From Eledone cirrhosa (taxonomy: Eukaryota): DNA of 64,000 nucleotides. The stretch's first letter is position 1. Each line of letters starts with the position of its first letter. Location of the stretch: positions 14,384,001 to 14,448,000 of the forward strand of contig OZ024743.1 of assembly GCA_964016885.1 (NCBI GenBank). The letters are read 5' to 3'. This document shows, one piece after another, positions 15,701 through 30,929 of this stretch. The notes beneath the pieces were generated by a model, which had not been told where the DNA came from, searched no databases, and saw nothing but the letters and a program-made list of their open reading frames with translations. The translations under genes were made by a program, and so were the position numbers.

Positions 15701-17169
15701 ACTGGCAGAAAAGCCACCCTTCGGGTGGTTTTCTGCTAGCGTGTGTGGTGTGTATATTGATATTATACGCAGGTATATATACATGTAGATATGATACATT
15801 AAATACAATCGTAATTGACAATATATAATACATAGAAATTGCGATGGCCAATCGGAAGTGTTGACATTTCAGAAATGTTAAAGAAGTGAATCTTTAAATA
15901 AACAAAATATATTTAATCAACAGCCACGAAATTTAGTAGATACATTATGTAATATTCATTCATTATTTATTTAAACTAATCCAACTTATTTTACTAATGG
16001 GATAAACAATTATAAACCGTACGCAGTCCCGCGCTCCTTACTTTATTATAGTTTAAATCCTGAAATTAGCGGGCGAAATATTCAATGTTATTGAATAGTA
16101 TGGTAGAAAGACAATAAATTGTTCAAACGAAATTGCTCAAAACGAGGATACAGTGTGAACACTCACACACATATATACATATGTGAGTTGTGATGTTTCA
16201 TAATCTAATTTTCAAAGCTTGCACCGGTCGCACATGCATGTTAAGTGTATGAAACCTTCGTTATACTATATATAAACATTATTAATTAAAACATCACAAT
16301 CCAGTTTTATACACTTAACATGCATGTGCTACCAGTTATTTAAGGACCAGTTTTGGCTACCACGATATAGTGGAGGAGGATCATCAGGTACGTGTCATGA
16401 AAACCACCACAGCCCAGGAAAAAAGATTCTGGCGACTATAAGAAAAGGAAGTAAGGAATTACATATATGGAAAGTACTGAAAAGGTTCACCCCCATACTA
16501 AAACGGAAGAAAGAGATGCCAGATCTTCCCCAGTCAAAAAATATAGAATTTTGCAGTGTTTATACTTACTGGAAACATATCTAAATTCAACTACGAAAGT
16601 CTTACGCCATGTTTTGCATCAGATTACCCAGGTTTCATCCAACTGGAAGCCCATACCTCAAGATACCCTCTCACCAGATCTGCTAAAACACTTTATAACC
16701 GTTCAAATGACTCATCTCACCTAGACTAAGTAATAGCCTGTTGAAAAAGGGTTTAGTATTACAACATTACATAGCAACCTAACGATTACATATACAATCA
16801 AACTTTACAGTTCAGCGTTTAACTATTGAGGAACCATTAGAGAGGGTATACTATTGTAAATATTTTAAATGTTTTTTTCAGAATTATTTTAAAGTTTGCG
16901 ATATTTACTACCCCAAACGTTAACTTGCTTGATTCCCAAATATTAAACATTCGCTAACTTTTGCGAAAACAATGGTCGCACATACTTGTTAAATGTATGA
17001 AACTTTATTTATACAAAATATACTGTCGTGCAAAAGAGAGTATATTCATGATCTATGGATATCCTTTATATATATATATATATATGTATATTGACTTTCG
17101 TCAAATCGGACCGAGGAAACGATGTTTCCGTTGATCTTTCCAATTGCTAATACTATCTATCGGTCGCAA

Positions 17170-17225
17170 CTCCAGATAGAAGGAGCAACGTGAAATAATT
17201 TGTCTTGCTCAAGGACATAACGCAT

Positions 17226-17227
<2 letters not shown>
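17170..17227. mobile_element. Fragment of a second SINE family
   Basis: ggagcaacgtgaaat...tgtcttgctcaaggaca.aacgcatc resembles the widespread SINE core motif cttgc.caaggacac. Confidence 0.5.
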
Positions 17228-17290
<63 letters not shown>

Positions 17291-17402
17291 GTGTGTGTTT
17301 GTGAGTGTGTATCAATGCCTTTACGAACAAAGATCAATCAACCTCTGCGAAAATTGAATAAATTTACTCGCTCTTTTCAAATGTCACAAGTAGTATATCT
17401 AA

Positions 17403-17836
17403 TGATTTCTACTGTAGGCACAAGGTCAGCAATGTTGTGGAGGGGAATGTCTATTAAATCGACCCCAGTGCATTACCGGTACTTTATTTTATAGACCCCG
17501 TAAGGATGAAAGGCAAAGTTAACCTCGGCGGGATTTGAACTTAGAATGACAAGGGCCGTAACTCTATGCGTCAAAGTATGCTGTCCGACCCTCTACTGAT
17601 ACTGCTAATCCACCGCCCTACAAGTAGTATATATAATAACATTAAACGCGTCCTAATTCTAATAATAATTGTTTCTACTTTTTGGCACAAGGCCAGCAAT
17701 TACCCAGTGCATTACTGGTACTTTATTTTATCGACCCGTAAGGATGAGAGGCAAAGTTAACCTCAGTGGGATTTGAACTCAGAATGGCAAGGGCCGTAAC
17801 TCTATGCGTCAAAGCATGGCGTCCGAACTTCTACCT
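17403..17836 (-). mobile_element. Two tandem Octopus-type tRNA-derived SINEs
   Basis: ggcacaaggccagcaat..ctggtactttattttatcgaccc..ggatgaaaggcaaagttaacctc..gatttgaactcag; B-box GTTCAAATCC on the minus strand. Confidence 0.8.
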
Positions 17837-19312
17837 AATTCTAATAATAATGATTTCCAACGTCTATTGCCATGACTGCTTATATTATTGAATTGTCTGT
17901 CTGGAGATAAAAACAAAAGAGTTTCCGCTATGTAGCTCCTTAGCGTACGAATTTAAATGAATATGTTTACACTTATGCAAACATTCAGTTAAATAAGTGC
18001 AAAATGATTTTCTTCAAGCTTGAACACACGATGAAGAAAGAATTTCACATTAATTCTTAAAAATTGTGTGTTAGGTTGATTCTAATTACAAATAGTTATA
18101 TTTTTATTTTAATGGCTTTGCGAAACGAAGTATTTTTGGTATAAATTGGAAGTACAACTTCCTATAATTGTTACATAATATCACTTCTGTACATTGATTT
18201 AATAACGCATTGTTGATAAGTTTAGTAAATAGAAACCAATTTGCAAAGTCCTACAAAAAGCAATTACCTGACTCGTTGGTGGTGTCCCCTTGATGAGGCA
18301 TCATTTATTCAAGTGTGTATTATTGAAGAACTAAATATTGGATACACAATCATATATTGAAGAAATATATTTTTTTTTATGTATTTGGATATTAATTCCG
18401 AGTGTCAAGTGAAGGTAATTGTATCTATATATGATCGCACATTTGCACACGCACACACATACACACATAGGTACAGTCATAGACACATAAGCATACATAT
18501 AAACACACACACATATATATGACTATATGTGTATAAATGTGTGCATATTAGCGTATTCAAGTGTTAAATAGATATCTTTAAAATATGTGTACAATATATG
18601 TATGGTGTCCGTGTAGTTATATTTAGATAAAGTTTCCACTGAAATAACCGTTTAGGTGTGAAAGTCGGTACTTGGATAAACGTAAATCTGTTGTAATGTC
18701 CATTTTCCATAGAATAAAAGTTTTTAAAAGTTATTAAATATTACATAACATAATTTTAAAAATTCATTTAGAATGTCTAAATACAGAAATTGATAAAGAA
18801 AACAATAGAAACATCTATTGTACGAAATGTATAAAACATTTACAGAACTTCAGTATAATCAATGATTTTAGTGTCGATAGATTTATAGGTCTGGCTATCT
18901 CGAGGGATACTTTATTTTTTTTTTTGGGGGGGGGGGGCGTCCAGGATTGCCCTTTCCCACAGCCTTTCCCTATTGGAATAATGGATTTGGTAATTGTGAA
19001 ACACAACAGTACAAAATGACGAAGGATCAGAAGATCCTTTAGTATCAAGGGATTGTGGTTCTATAAGTTTAAACGCCTGAATGGTGCTTATCTATAATTC
19101 CAAATCTCCACCTCCATTTCTGCCTCTTTTAGTTTCACTGAAGAAATCTCGGAGGCTGGGCAAATCCGAAGTTCCCCCCTTACCACTCCATTACATTTCC
19201 GGAAAAGAAAGCGATATAAAATAAAGAAAGAAAATAAAAGAAAAATGTATTCTACGAAAACTATAAAACATTTACAGAACTTCAGTACATACAATGTTTT
19301 TAACTTTTTAAT

Positions 19313-19690
19313 TTAGATCATTCTGGAATAACCTACATACAATTGACCATGTAAGAAACGTTCCTCTTCTAAATGGAGACCGACAACCTGCAGGGTTTGA
19401 CATTGGGACTTGTTAATGGCCATTGCGTAAGTGATTCTTACTGGGAATAGTAATTGTTTGAAACGAAAGGGGACATCTGTTGGTATTAACGACATTCTAG
19501 GTATAAAGACGATGTCTCCCTTACGACATTCAGTAAGGATTTGGGCTTAGGTAATGTGAGGCTGTAGTTCAGTCACAACCATATGCATCCCATTGTAATA
19601 TGCTGGCTGATCCATGATTTTGAGCAGCATGGTGCAACGGCTTTCTGCAACTGAAGGTTGTGCGGCAGCATACCGGATTGTTTAATCTAT
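19313..19690 (-). pseudogene. Helitron Pif1-family helicase C-terminal fragment
   Basis: GMLPHNLQL...MLL...YNG and FPVRITYAMAINKSQCQTL.VVGL.L....F.HGQLYVGYSR, matching Pif1/Helitron motifs V-VI. Confidence 0.85.
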
Positions 19691-20138
19691 GTTAATTAAC
19701 CGACATACATCATTAGCTATGTTATCAAATTCATTCTCAAAGAAGCCTTTTCAACATACTGAAAATTGCCAATGCATGGCCTTTCATAGCTACCTCTATT
19801 TCAGCTACAATGTAAGTTTTGAAATCATGTTCAACAGGAAGAATTTCTCTACTTGCTATATCAGGTGGTGCATTTAATAGATTCTGTTTGCAACTATATA
19901 AAATATCATGCTAGGTTAGTGGTGATGTTAATTAAATTTAGTCAGTCAAGTCCTCAATATATACTCTTGTGTCTCAAATGTCTTGTAATGTACTTTTTTG
20001 TAATATATACCGTATTTTAATGTACAAGGAAAATTAATTTTCCTTGTACATAAAACCGAATTTTACGTTTTCGAATTCATTAAGTGTTATTCACGGTCAA
20101 CGTACAGACACCCTTTTTATAAAGATATATATATAAAG

Positions 20139-20223
20139 GGTCCGTCGAGCTGCCGATCATTGAGTAGGGTAGGATCGATATGGATCGAACCATGAGCTGA
20201 TCAGTGGCGAAACGCGCGTCACC
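20139..20223 (+). ncRNA. Hammerhead with extended stem II (~60 nt); homolog at 46048-46132
   Basis: ggt-CCGTCGA-gctgccgatca...tgatcagtggc-GAAA-cgcgcg-TC-acc. The homolog has CCGACGA but GACA in place of GAAA. Confidence 0.62.
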
Positions 20224-20275
20224 AACCAATAAATGTAATGAAGGAGTAACCAATCGTCCTTGTTAGTTATCCTTT

Positions 20276-20310
<35 letters not shown>

Positions 20311-20317
<7 letters not shown>

Positions 20318-20440
20318 TAAAATAACAGATAAAAGTTTAAGCAAAGAATCGCTGCTTTCACCCTTAACAGGATCTTCTGATACGATTCTTTCCTTAAAAT
20401 TTAATCTGTTATTTTAATAAATATTTGCTCTACGGTTCTT
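20311..20440. repeat. Mini fold-back of the PLE terminus aatctgttattttaataaat family
   Basis: Inverted termini around a CAGAAGA hammerhead; same family at 16-95 and 46740-46812. Confidence 0.7.
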
Positions 20441-20905
20441 ATATATTTGATATATATATTATCCTTATCGAACCCTCTTTGGATTTTAGTCTTCAAATTT
20501 ATTATGATTACTATATATATATATATACAGATAGGTATAAATAGATGTGTTGAGAGAGAGAGGGGAGATAGTAAGTGAATCACATAACAGGCCGGCAGAC
20601 AACAATCGTTTTAGTTAGTTAAGCCGGAGGTGGCTTGTCTGAGAGGTGTGCGGTTGTCCCTCTCTATATATATTGATAGCATGACAGACGATTTGACAGT
20701 ATGTGTTTTTTTAAAAACAGCAGTAAATGTTCATCCAACTGAACCCCCGCCTTTGTATTTTGGGAAAACAAGACGGCAATTAGCCGAATTGAGGAACGAT
20801 TAGTTAAAACACGAAAACCCTCAATTATTAACATTTTTTAGTGCCCCCAACAGTCAACGTACACACACCCACCCACAAATACACACATACACGCACACAC
20901 ACACG

Positions 20906-21002
<97 letters not shown>

Positions 21003-23057
21003 GTCAAACCTATGTGGAAAAGTATGTTTTTATCTTTGTAATTGTTATACACTTTAGAACTCACGGGACAGAACGAGAGATAATATCTTCCTACTGTAAT
21101 TTACGTAACTCGAGAGACACAATTACGACCCCCCCCCTAAAAACATAAAGACATTTTGATAATAATAATTATAGACCATACAGTATTGTACATACAATCA
21201 GCCACATAACCACATATTTATAATAGCCTTAACACATATACACATAAAATATGAGTATATATTTACATTCATCCACATAGAGAAATATCTATTTAAATAC
21301 GTACACTCACAAAATTTCAATAGCAAATTCCGTAATAAGAATCATACGTATAACAACATACAAACAGACACGCGCTTTACATCAAACAGTCATATCTTTC
21401 ATTGAATTATCAGACATTCTTCCGGATTATTCATCAACTCATATCCATAATCATTATGCGTAAATAAATCAAACTATTATCCTTTTTAGAAATTTAGCTT
21501 CTTCAACTATTTAAGTGGTGATTCATCTTATTCCTTCCAATGTTTTCCATACAATATTATAGTCAGACATCTCAATTATTTGCCTATCATATTATTTGTG
21601 CTACTATTATAATCAGACAGCATTATTTGTTAAGATCTTCCTACTCACAAAGTTCAAAATATTTAATAGAATATTCCGAAAGACTTAACTTTAATTTTAC
21701 CGGAATATAGACCTATATAGATATATAATATTCGTGTTTGTTTCCTACTCCTAAAGGTAGATCTGTTAATACACCCGAATAGGTCGTGCTGAAACGTATT
21801 AGAATACAAATGCAAGAGCATAAAATCTCCTCGTTCAAAGACTTGACATTGACCATTCCAGAACGCATTCCTTTACAAAATAATCCCTCGACTGTATTTC
21901 AATTCCTCTATAATCGTTGTATATTTTCTACCTAAAATTGTGAATAATAAATGGGAATATTTTTGCTTTCTTTGAATTTTCTATTGAAAATAAAGAACAT
22001 TTGTTTCAACAATTTGCCAAATATGAAATCCTCACGACGTTAACTATATATTTGTGTCTTATAAATAGTTAATATTATTTTTCTCTTGTATAGATTGGTA
22101 TAATAAACCGTTACCCACCATGGTTTTTCCATATTCTAATTTATTTTTATTCATTTCTGGTGAATTAACTTTCTTATATATACAGAATTATATGATGCAG
22201 AATAATCCGTTCTCTCAGTCTCAGCTAAAAATTTATAATTGGATTGGATTGATGCAGAGAGGTAACTAAGATATCAATTGACTGTAATCATGTTCGATAC
22301 ACATATTTAATTCATCTAAAATTCTTGTGAATGCATCTGTAAGCAAACAAGTAAATAGAGTGTATTTAAAAAGAATTGTTTCTAACTAGTTACATAGCTA
22401 CTTTAATAGAAGTAGTGGTTTAAAATATCCTTATTAATATTTTTTGAAGATGAATTTAATGAGTGCAAGTAATAATAACCAAGTTGTTATATCTATTTTA
22501 ACAAATATAAATATTATCAACATCAATCAAGTATATATTATTTTAAACTTAATGCTGCTTAAAATATGTACCAGCAACCTCTACACTGAGAACCATAAAC
22601 ATGGTATAAATCTACCTCCAAATGCAAAAGCTCAACTTAAGATGGCATTACTGTTCATCGAGATATTGCAAAATCAAAATACACAACTATAAAATGTATA
22701 AACAAATGTTTTATAAATTTAAATATAAAACAAATGTGCTAAAGTAACACATTAACTCTAGGTAACTGAGAGCTGCACTTCTTCAATTATTAGATATGTC
22801 ATTTATATTTGAAGTGTGTAAGTGCATTTGGGAGGGATGGCAATGTTGACTACTTTTCTATTCTTAATTAACTGAAAGTGACATAGCAGCATTTACAACT
22901 TTCAAACAATGCCCCAACTAATTATTTTCAATGTAAACAATTTATTCATACACTTCAAATACGAACGAAATCATAACTATAACCATATTTTGGTTTATGA
23001 AATCATTATCTTTTACATACATTATTTCTTATATTCTTATATTTTTTTATATTTGAC

Positions 23058-23192
23058 GCATAGCCCTTGTCATTCTGAGTTCAAATCCCACAGAGGTTAA
23101 CTTTGCCTTTCATCCTTACGGGGTCGATAAAATAAAGTACCAGTAATGCACTGGGATAATTGCTGGCCTTGTGCCAAACAGTAGAAACAATT
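23058..23192 (+). mobile_element. Octopus-type SINE
   Basis: gagttcaaatccc..ggttaactttgcctttcatcc..ggggtcgataaaataaagtaccag..gctggccttgtgcc. Confidence 0.8.
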
Positions 23193-26100
23193 ATTTCTTA
23201 TATTCTCGTTTGCGGACTTTGTTGTTTATAACGAAAATTCTTTTTAACTCAATCTAAGGGGTATAAAATAAAATCTAGATGTAAAATCTATAGTAAGACA
23301 CGTTAGTGTCCAGGGGGTAACTAACACTTCTCACTGGAATAGAAATTTATAGAATCAAGTATGGTTTCCTTTTGATCATGACTGATGAAGTAATATAAAC
23401 TCACAATTATTAAATAAATAATTGAAACAGTACAGAAACTCATCAATCTTTTTCAATTTACTTTTCTCATATTACATAAACCTCATATGTATGGCACTGT
23501 TTGAAGCATGTATTTGGTATTATATCTTTGCTAGATTACATATATTATTTTAGTAAGCTCTGAATTAAAGAAATGATAAATCAATCAAGACATTATATCT
23601 CATCTTTATATTATTTAAATATGAACGTAATGTTATGGTTATTGGAAAATATAAATCTTCGTCTCCAGTATCAACTGCGTTCTCCTCCCCCCAATTCCTC
23701 ATCATCATCATCTTCATCATAATCATCATTACCAGCAGCATCAATATCATCACCACCATAATCATAATCCGCATATACGTCATCATCAATTACGTTATCG
23801 TCGTCATACAATTTATCATCGCCAAAGCAAATCTGCTATATATGCTGTAACATGGATAGTGAAGAAAAAACAAGTGATTTAGATTTTTACGTTGGGGAAT
23901 GGCATAACTTACACGCAATATGGGATTTTCTACGATGGAATAATGCTTTTTTTTTTTTTTTTTGTAATTAAAACTAATCTTTGAGGTAACCACCGTAGTT
24001 AAATAAGACACTAATTTTTGTGGTAAGTATCCTTTAATCATGTTGTTAAGAATCCTAATGTTAACATGCTAACGAACTGCCAGTATATTGTGAGCAAATT
24101 ATTTTCAGGGGGAGGTCTATATAAATTACTTTTCCTTAACACATCTTCCATCACTGTTTCCATTAAGGGAAATGAACAACTGCATACATGCTTCTTAAAC
24201 TAATAAACGCGTAAGTAGTAGTAATTAAGTTAAGAAATTAGCAGCTGTGTAAGACGTAAAAATGTTATGAAGTTAATTGACTTGTTAAAGGTCTACAACA
24301 TATTGAAAAGAGGAATAAGCAGTATAGAGCAAACACGTCAATACTTAGCGATTGGTGAATGTATAGCGTATGTAACAAAGATGCATAGCGTGCAAGATGT
24401 AAATATGCACTGAATTAATTGAGGGTGAAATGCAATGTGACTGCAACAAAGATTTGTTCTAATGTTCGAAAAGGACGTAATATTTACTTTACCAAATGGA
24501 AAGGATCACATGGAATCGATCGTGATATCCAGCCAAGGAAATTATGTTTCTATTGTTCATTTCATTGCTGATAATATCTAATACTTTCATTTCATTGCTG
24601 AATTTATGCAACACTTGGAATTAGTATATTTCTTTTTCCAATGAGAGTAGGGTGTGACCTCAAACAGGAATATATATGGAATGCTTTCCAGTCCGAATAT
24701 TTAACGTTTCTTTAAATTCTATGTTCCATAACTGGTGCTTTTATTATAAACACCAAAATAATGAAATGTAAGGTTGACCCCGGTAGGATTTGAAATCTGC
24801 TCAATGGAAACCATGAGAAACACTGAAGCAATATTGCCAATTTCCTCAGAGAATTCAAATTTGCAGGAAATTCTGACGATTACAATAAGCGGCGAAATGA
24901 TGTCTAATTTCGTTAATATGTCAGCTTCAAATGCACACAACCCTCAATCAAATATCTCGAACGGAATGTTCAACACTAATTAAATAGTTTTTATCGAATT
25001 CAGATGTTAACTTTTGGTAAAACCGACATTAGCATTTTCTTTATGTATGTGGATGAAATAAGTAACATACATATATTAACAAAACCCAAGCCTTAGATTC
25101 CTGTAGAGTTATCATACACGTATCTCGCTATGAATACTGTAAGCAGAAATAAAGTAGCTTGTGAGGAAATGTCTCCGACGACAGATACATGATTATTGTG
25201 TGTCACTGTCGGACTATGTGGCAATGTTCATCTCCAGTCAATGCTGTAGTAGTGCCATTTTCATATGCTAGAAGGGCGCATATACCTTTTCTCTATTCCT
25301 GTCTTAGTATCGAGTACGTTAACGTCGCTAAAAATGTATACAGATACAAATATATATATATATATATATATCTTAAATCCTCCCGAAGCTACTACGATAT
25401 GTGGAACATGATCACAGCTTTATATGTTCAGGGATAGACCTCTGTATATTTATTATATTATACATAAACCTATTGTAAATTCCTTTATATATTATGAACC
25501 ATGCAATTATACTTACTACAGCTAGCTTCAATTCGTAGTATAAATATTGCAACATTATAAGAGATATTTAATTTCTAGCAAAGAGACAGGCACGTCAGAT
25601 TTATGGAGGACGCAGTATGTCAATTAAATTGAATTCTGTATTGTATGGTGTACCTATCATGTTTATAGCAACGGTGTGAATTGCAAAGTTTCAGCTGGAC
25701 TTAGATGATCAAATAATATGAAGGGAAAATAGATAACGCTGGATATTTTGTCCGGTGAACCTATTATCACACGCACTCTGACTACACTGAAACATATTTC
25801 ATGTTACATCTAATCAATCAATTTAGAACTTAGGCTAATGACTGCAACTTAACATACATTAAAATTACGTTGAACAGAATATAATAATTTGTGATGAGTT
25901 AAAATCCAATGATGTAAACTGGGAATCCTGATGCTGTTCAGTACCCGCGGCAGTCACAAATAGAATTTTAAATGTTTTCTGAATTTTCATCGTGGATGGA
26001 GGGTTTCAAATATATGACTTATTTCAAAACTGAATTCATATATATTATCATTTCAGGGCCCCAAATATCTATCAGACTGATGTGACTAAAGGCTACTATG

Positions 26101-26929
26101 TAAACTCTTGCAAGAATATGATGGATGATGTGTGCATTGAGTGTCGAATAGGAAAATCTTGTTAAGCTCAAATGTAATGTCTTATGATCAGGTAGTGGCA
26201 TATGACTATGTTCTGAAATATGCCTGCTATTGTTTGGAATAATGTTCTGTCTATAAAAATTAAACATTACATTCGTTTCCGAATGAATAATTATAAACAA
26301 ACTTTAAATAGCACCGCGGAACATATATTTGGTTGCTTGGAATTTAGATGATATTCAGGTTATATCGTTCCAGCAGCACTATACATCAAGACATGATATA
26401 CATCTTTAAATATAGTTATGTATTATATATATAATATTTTATAATAGCTGGCTGGCAATCGATGTATTAGCCAAGAATATACAAATGTATGATGGACTGC
26501 AACATAAATAGTTTATTAATATCAAGGAGGTATAGCATATGAATATACTTATTAAATTCAAATATGTTTCAGACATAAGTGATAGAAAACAACTTTTTTC
26601 TCATTGAGACATCTTACATAAATCGCTTGCGTTTCTTAGATATCCTGGAATCAGATGTGCATCGAGATTTACGTCCAATGTAATCTGCCATCATATATAT
26701 AACATATCCTTGGCTGTACCATCCTTAGTTGTAGGTGAAATCGTTAACAATGTTTCTCGCTTAGATCACTGAGGCTATCTGTGATACAATCCAAACAATA
26801 TGGCCGTAATTCTGTTTCATGATTATTTTACTCACAAGTTTACAAATTGAAGGATGAATTTTCTCCACAAGTTCACTATAGTGCCCATGGAAATCCTTTG
26901 ATTTCCTTCCTTCTAAAGACCATACACTA

Positions 26930-27420
26930 CTTCAATATTGTGTACATCCACTCCCGCTTGTGCAGTCATTTCTGGCGCCACACCTGTATCGTATCAGAGC
27001 CACGGAACCACGCTGACAAAACCTCGACTATATCTAGCCGTTAGCATCTAGCATCCTCGTCTAGATCCTGCGCCTTAACTGGAAGAGGTGTGATGTTCCA
27101 GGTTCCAACTCTCAAGGTTTGGTCCCTTCCTTACCCTCTTTGGGGTCTCGGGATACGCAATCTTTGTGCATCCCTACCACGTATCCCATGACATATTGCT
27201 GGCTCATCGCCAGCTTCTGCAGAATGAAATGTAGACTGCAATAATATGTTTCGACCAGCCGCCCTACCTAAGGCCTGAACTCGTGCCTTGTTAATCCACG
27301 TGATGGATTATGCAATATGGTTCTTTTCTTATTTTCCTTATCAAGTTTCAGTTTCAGTGACCTTATCCTGGCTTGTCACCAATCAGGTACTTTATCAAAC
27401 CCACGAAGACTAGGCTTCCT
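26930..27420 (-). pseudogene. RTE LINE 5' region / APE endonuclease N-terminus
   Basis: LRVGTWNIT....A..L.....RLDIV and GVA....AQAGV. Confidence 0.65.
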
Positions 27421-27800
27421 TTAGAAGTACCCTTTAGTCACCACATCTCAGATACGTAACTGAGTATTGAGCATTTGCTTGGGATCTACAGCTGTCACCC
27501 ACTCATTGCTCCATCTCCCATAGTAATTTACTGCTGTTCATCACAACTAGCCTTCATTTCCAGTGGCCGATTACTATCCACTGGCCGCGACCCGTTCTCT
27601 AGCAGGACGCTCTGCCGAGAAAAGTTCATATGCACCAAGTCTTCACTAAGGTCTTCCTGTTCCCTCCATAGCACTCGTATACCAGATTCAAATCACGGCC
27701 TCTTTCATATGGTCTATTGTCACATATTGCATGGCTATGATTTGAACGTAATAGGAGCAACCCCTGGCTTCTCTTGCTCTTCTTGTTGTACTTTGAAATA
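27420..27800 (-). pseudogene. Probable RTE RT C-terminal fragment
   Basis: IPKQMLNTQL resembles the RTE motif RIPKQ.LY.QL. Confidence 0.4.
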
Positions 27801-28249
27801 GAGAAAATAAAGTGTTTCCACAAAATTATAAATAGTTATTCTCTGTTCTATGATTGTGTGGTCTCTGCAAACAAAGCAAACAAAATTATTTGGATGATTC
27901 AAATATAGTGTTCACGATGAAGCCATGTTAACCCCTATAGTAGGAAATCATTTATGTGAGCACATAAACAGTACACATTAGAGATAGCAACATCAGTAAA
28001 ACCAGACCTACAATTTAATTGTACAGATACATGTAGATTGATGAGCAACACAACATACCCTTCACAATTGGGTAATAAAGTAGGTAATGGCAGATACAAT
28101 ATCTCAAATCGGATGTGGTTTTTGAATGAGCAGCGAGGAAAGATCGTCGGCACTACAATTTGTGTTTTTTTTCAAAATGTAACTAAATATTTTTTCGTAG
28201 CACTTCGAAGCATGCCACCAAGTTTCTTTCTTCAAAATACGTTTGATAA

Positions 28250-28466
28250 TAATTGTTTCTGCATTTAGCACATTTAGCCAGTAATTACCCAGTACATTAC
28301 TGGTACTTTATTTTATCGATCCCGTAAGGATGACAGGCAAAGTTAATCTGATAATAATTGTTTCTATTTTTGGCACAAGGCCAGCAATTACCCAGTGCAT
28401 TACTGGTACTTTATTTTATCGACCCCGTAAGGAAGAAAGGCAAAGTAAACCTCAGCAGGATTTGAA
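28250..28466 (-). mobile_element. Two tandem partial Octopus-type SINEs
   Basis: Same family motifs, duplicated. Confidence 0.75.
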
Positions 28467-29375
28467 GTTACATCGTTCTGATATTAATGGAATGCAATGA
28501 GCTTTCGATGTTAAAGTGTTTCAAAGTGCATTAAATTTCACAAATGATTATCATTATGACTATGAGGATGATTTTGATGGTGTTATGTTTAATGATGATG
28601 ATGTGGATGGTTGGTGTGTTAGTCGTGAGGTGAGGAAGAGGAATAAAATGAAAAGAATAGAGTTGAGGAGCTTTGTAATAAGACGGCGAGATTTGATTCT
28701 GTACGGTATCGTTAAACCTTTATGATTTAGAACATGTAATACAACAAAACTAATGATTGTAAACGATAAATTAGCAAACTTTGACAGATAAAAATTAATA
28801 AATAGAATAATGACGGGGACGGACATAATTATTTAAAATAATTTATATCCGACTTTTAACTTTTACAATCAATGCATTCAAGAAACATTTTGCTATAGCA
28901 TAGACGGATTATAATTATTATAGATTCTGAATTTAGTGTCTGAAAGTAATTATATAAATGGTTTGTTTGGAACGGTAATTTTGTAACGTTTAGCAAGAAG
29001 CTATTATTAGATTTATATTCAGCAGGTCTAGACATTTATTTCAACCCTTCTATTGATTGTTCTTGGAAAAGTTGTTGTATTTTTTTAATTTGTTATTATT
29101 TTTCTCATTTTATTTGTTTCTTTTTTTGTCTCATTTAGATTTATCATTCTTTACAAAATTTTAACAAGCACCCTACTCCACGTCTTATCATTAGCATTGT
29201 GGGCGTCATGAAAATAGAAAGAAGTAACAGCAACAGTAATATCATGTCATTGCGATCAGCATCTCAAGATTAATAATACATTTTAGACAGTATTAACCCA
29301 CCATGTGACCGAACATCATCGAAGTTGACTCTGCAGAAGATGGATGACATATTGTCTTTGATTTAGGAAGAAAAC

Positions 29376-29530
29376 CAACAATTTTGCTAGAGAGAAAAGT
29401 CGATTAAATCAACCCCAGAGGATTACTGGTGCTTTATTGATCGATTCCGTAAGAATGAAAGGAAAAACTAACCTCGGAAGGATTTGGGCGCATAATGTAA
29501 AGGGACATAGCTCTATACTACAAAGTACCC
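29376..29530 (-). mobile_element. Degenerate Octopus-type SINE
   Basis: gtcgattaaatcaaccccag..ctggtgc..gaatgaaaggaaaaactaacctcgg. Confidence 0.6.
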
Positions 29531-30039
29531 GTCATCTATATGGTTTATTTAGATTGATAAGTCTTACGCCCCCGTAAATTTGCAAGGATTTAAATACTAA
29601 CATATATATAATATACACAATAAGAATCATAGATACAGCTTCACCTTTATCACTCGACCATCTAGAAATAACTGCTACATCTCAAAAAAATATCCTTCCG
29701 GGTAAATGGGATAATATAGCCACCTACTTAAATTATAGGGCAATCATCACTCCAGCAAGTCATTGATCATACGTCTACTCTTTTAAGTCTTAGCTAAATA
29801 TAATGAACACCAAAAGAACTTCAATAATGATAACCGATTCAGCAAAGAAGAATATCGTCGAACACACTAAACGTAACTCTATCGTCATCATACTCAAGTC
29901 TACGTTCATAGATACATCATTACTACCAAGAACATCTTCTTCTTCTTCATCAGCGTATTCATTTTTTAACATCCTGATATTGTTATTATCATCACCCTTT
30001 TCCTTATCATCATCAACATCATTACCATCATCCCGATGG

Positions 30040-30320
<281 letters not shown>

Positions 30321-30929
30321 GGTATAACCATGATCATATATAAAAAAGCCTCCAACCTTACCAAAACTAAAACTGACATAGACTTCTCATAAATTTTACA
30401 ACGAACACCAACAATAGCGCTGACTCTTGCACCCACACTATCATCTGCGTCTCCGACATCCGCAGTAAATCTTTTCATTGTCATTCGCTTCGACATTGGC
30501 GTAATTACTGTCCCAGTGTATGTAATCCTGATGACCGATACCCACATTAACATCGGTGTGACCTTCATGATCAACAAAACCATTAATCATCATAATATTT
30601 CTGATAACATTCCGATACAGAAAATATGCGTCGACATTAATTTTCTATAACTCTATCTTATTAACTCCGTTGACAACTTTTATATTTTTGTATTTGCTGT
30701 TATAATTGATGATGGTGTCGTTGTAAATCATTGTGTCAGTCACGATACAGGAAATATATCAGATGTGTGATGTATGTGTAATTGCAGTTTCTTATTTCAT
30801 TAAAATACATTAACATCGTTGCTATTGTTTAGAACCACATCAGCCTTGATCGATAAGACCTTTGACCAAACACGGTCCAGGCGTTATACACTCGTCGCTC
30901 TGCTTTTGTTTAACTTAAACAACATATAT

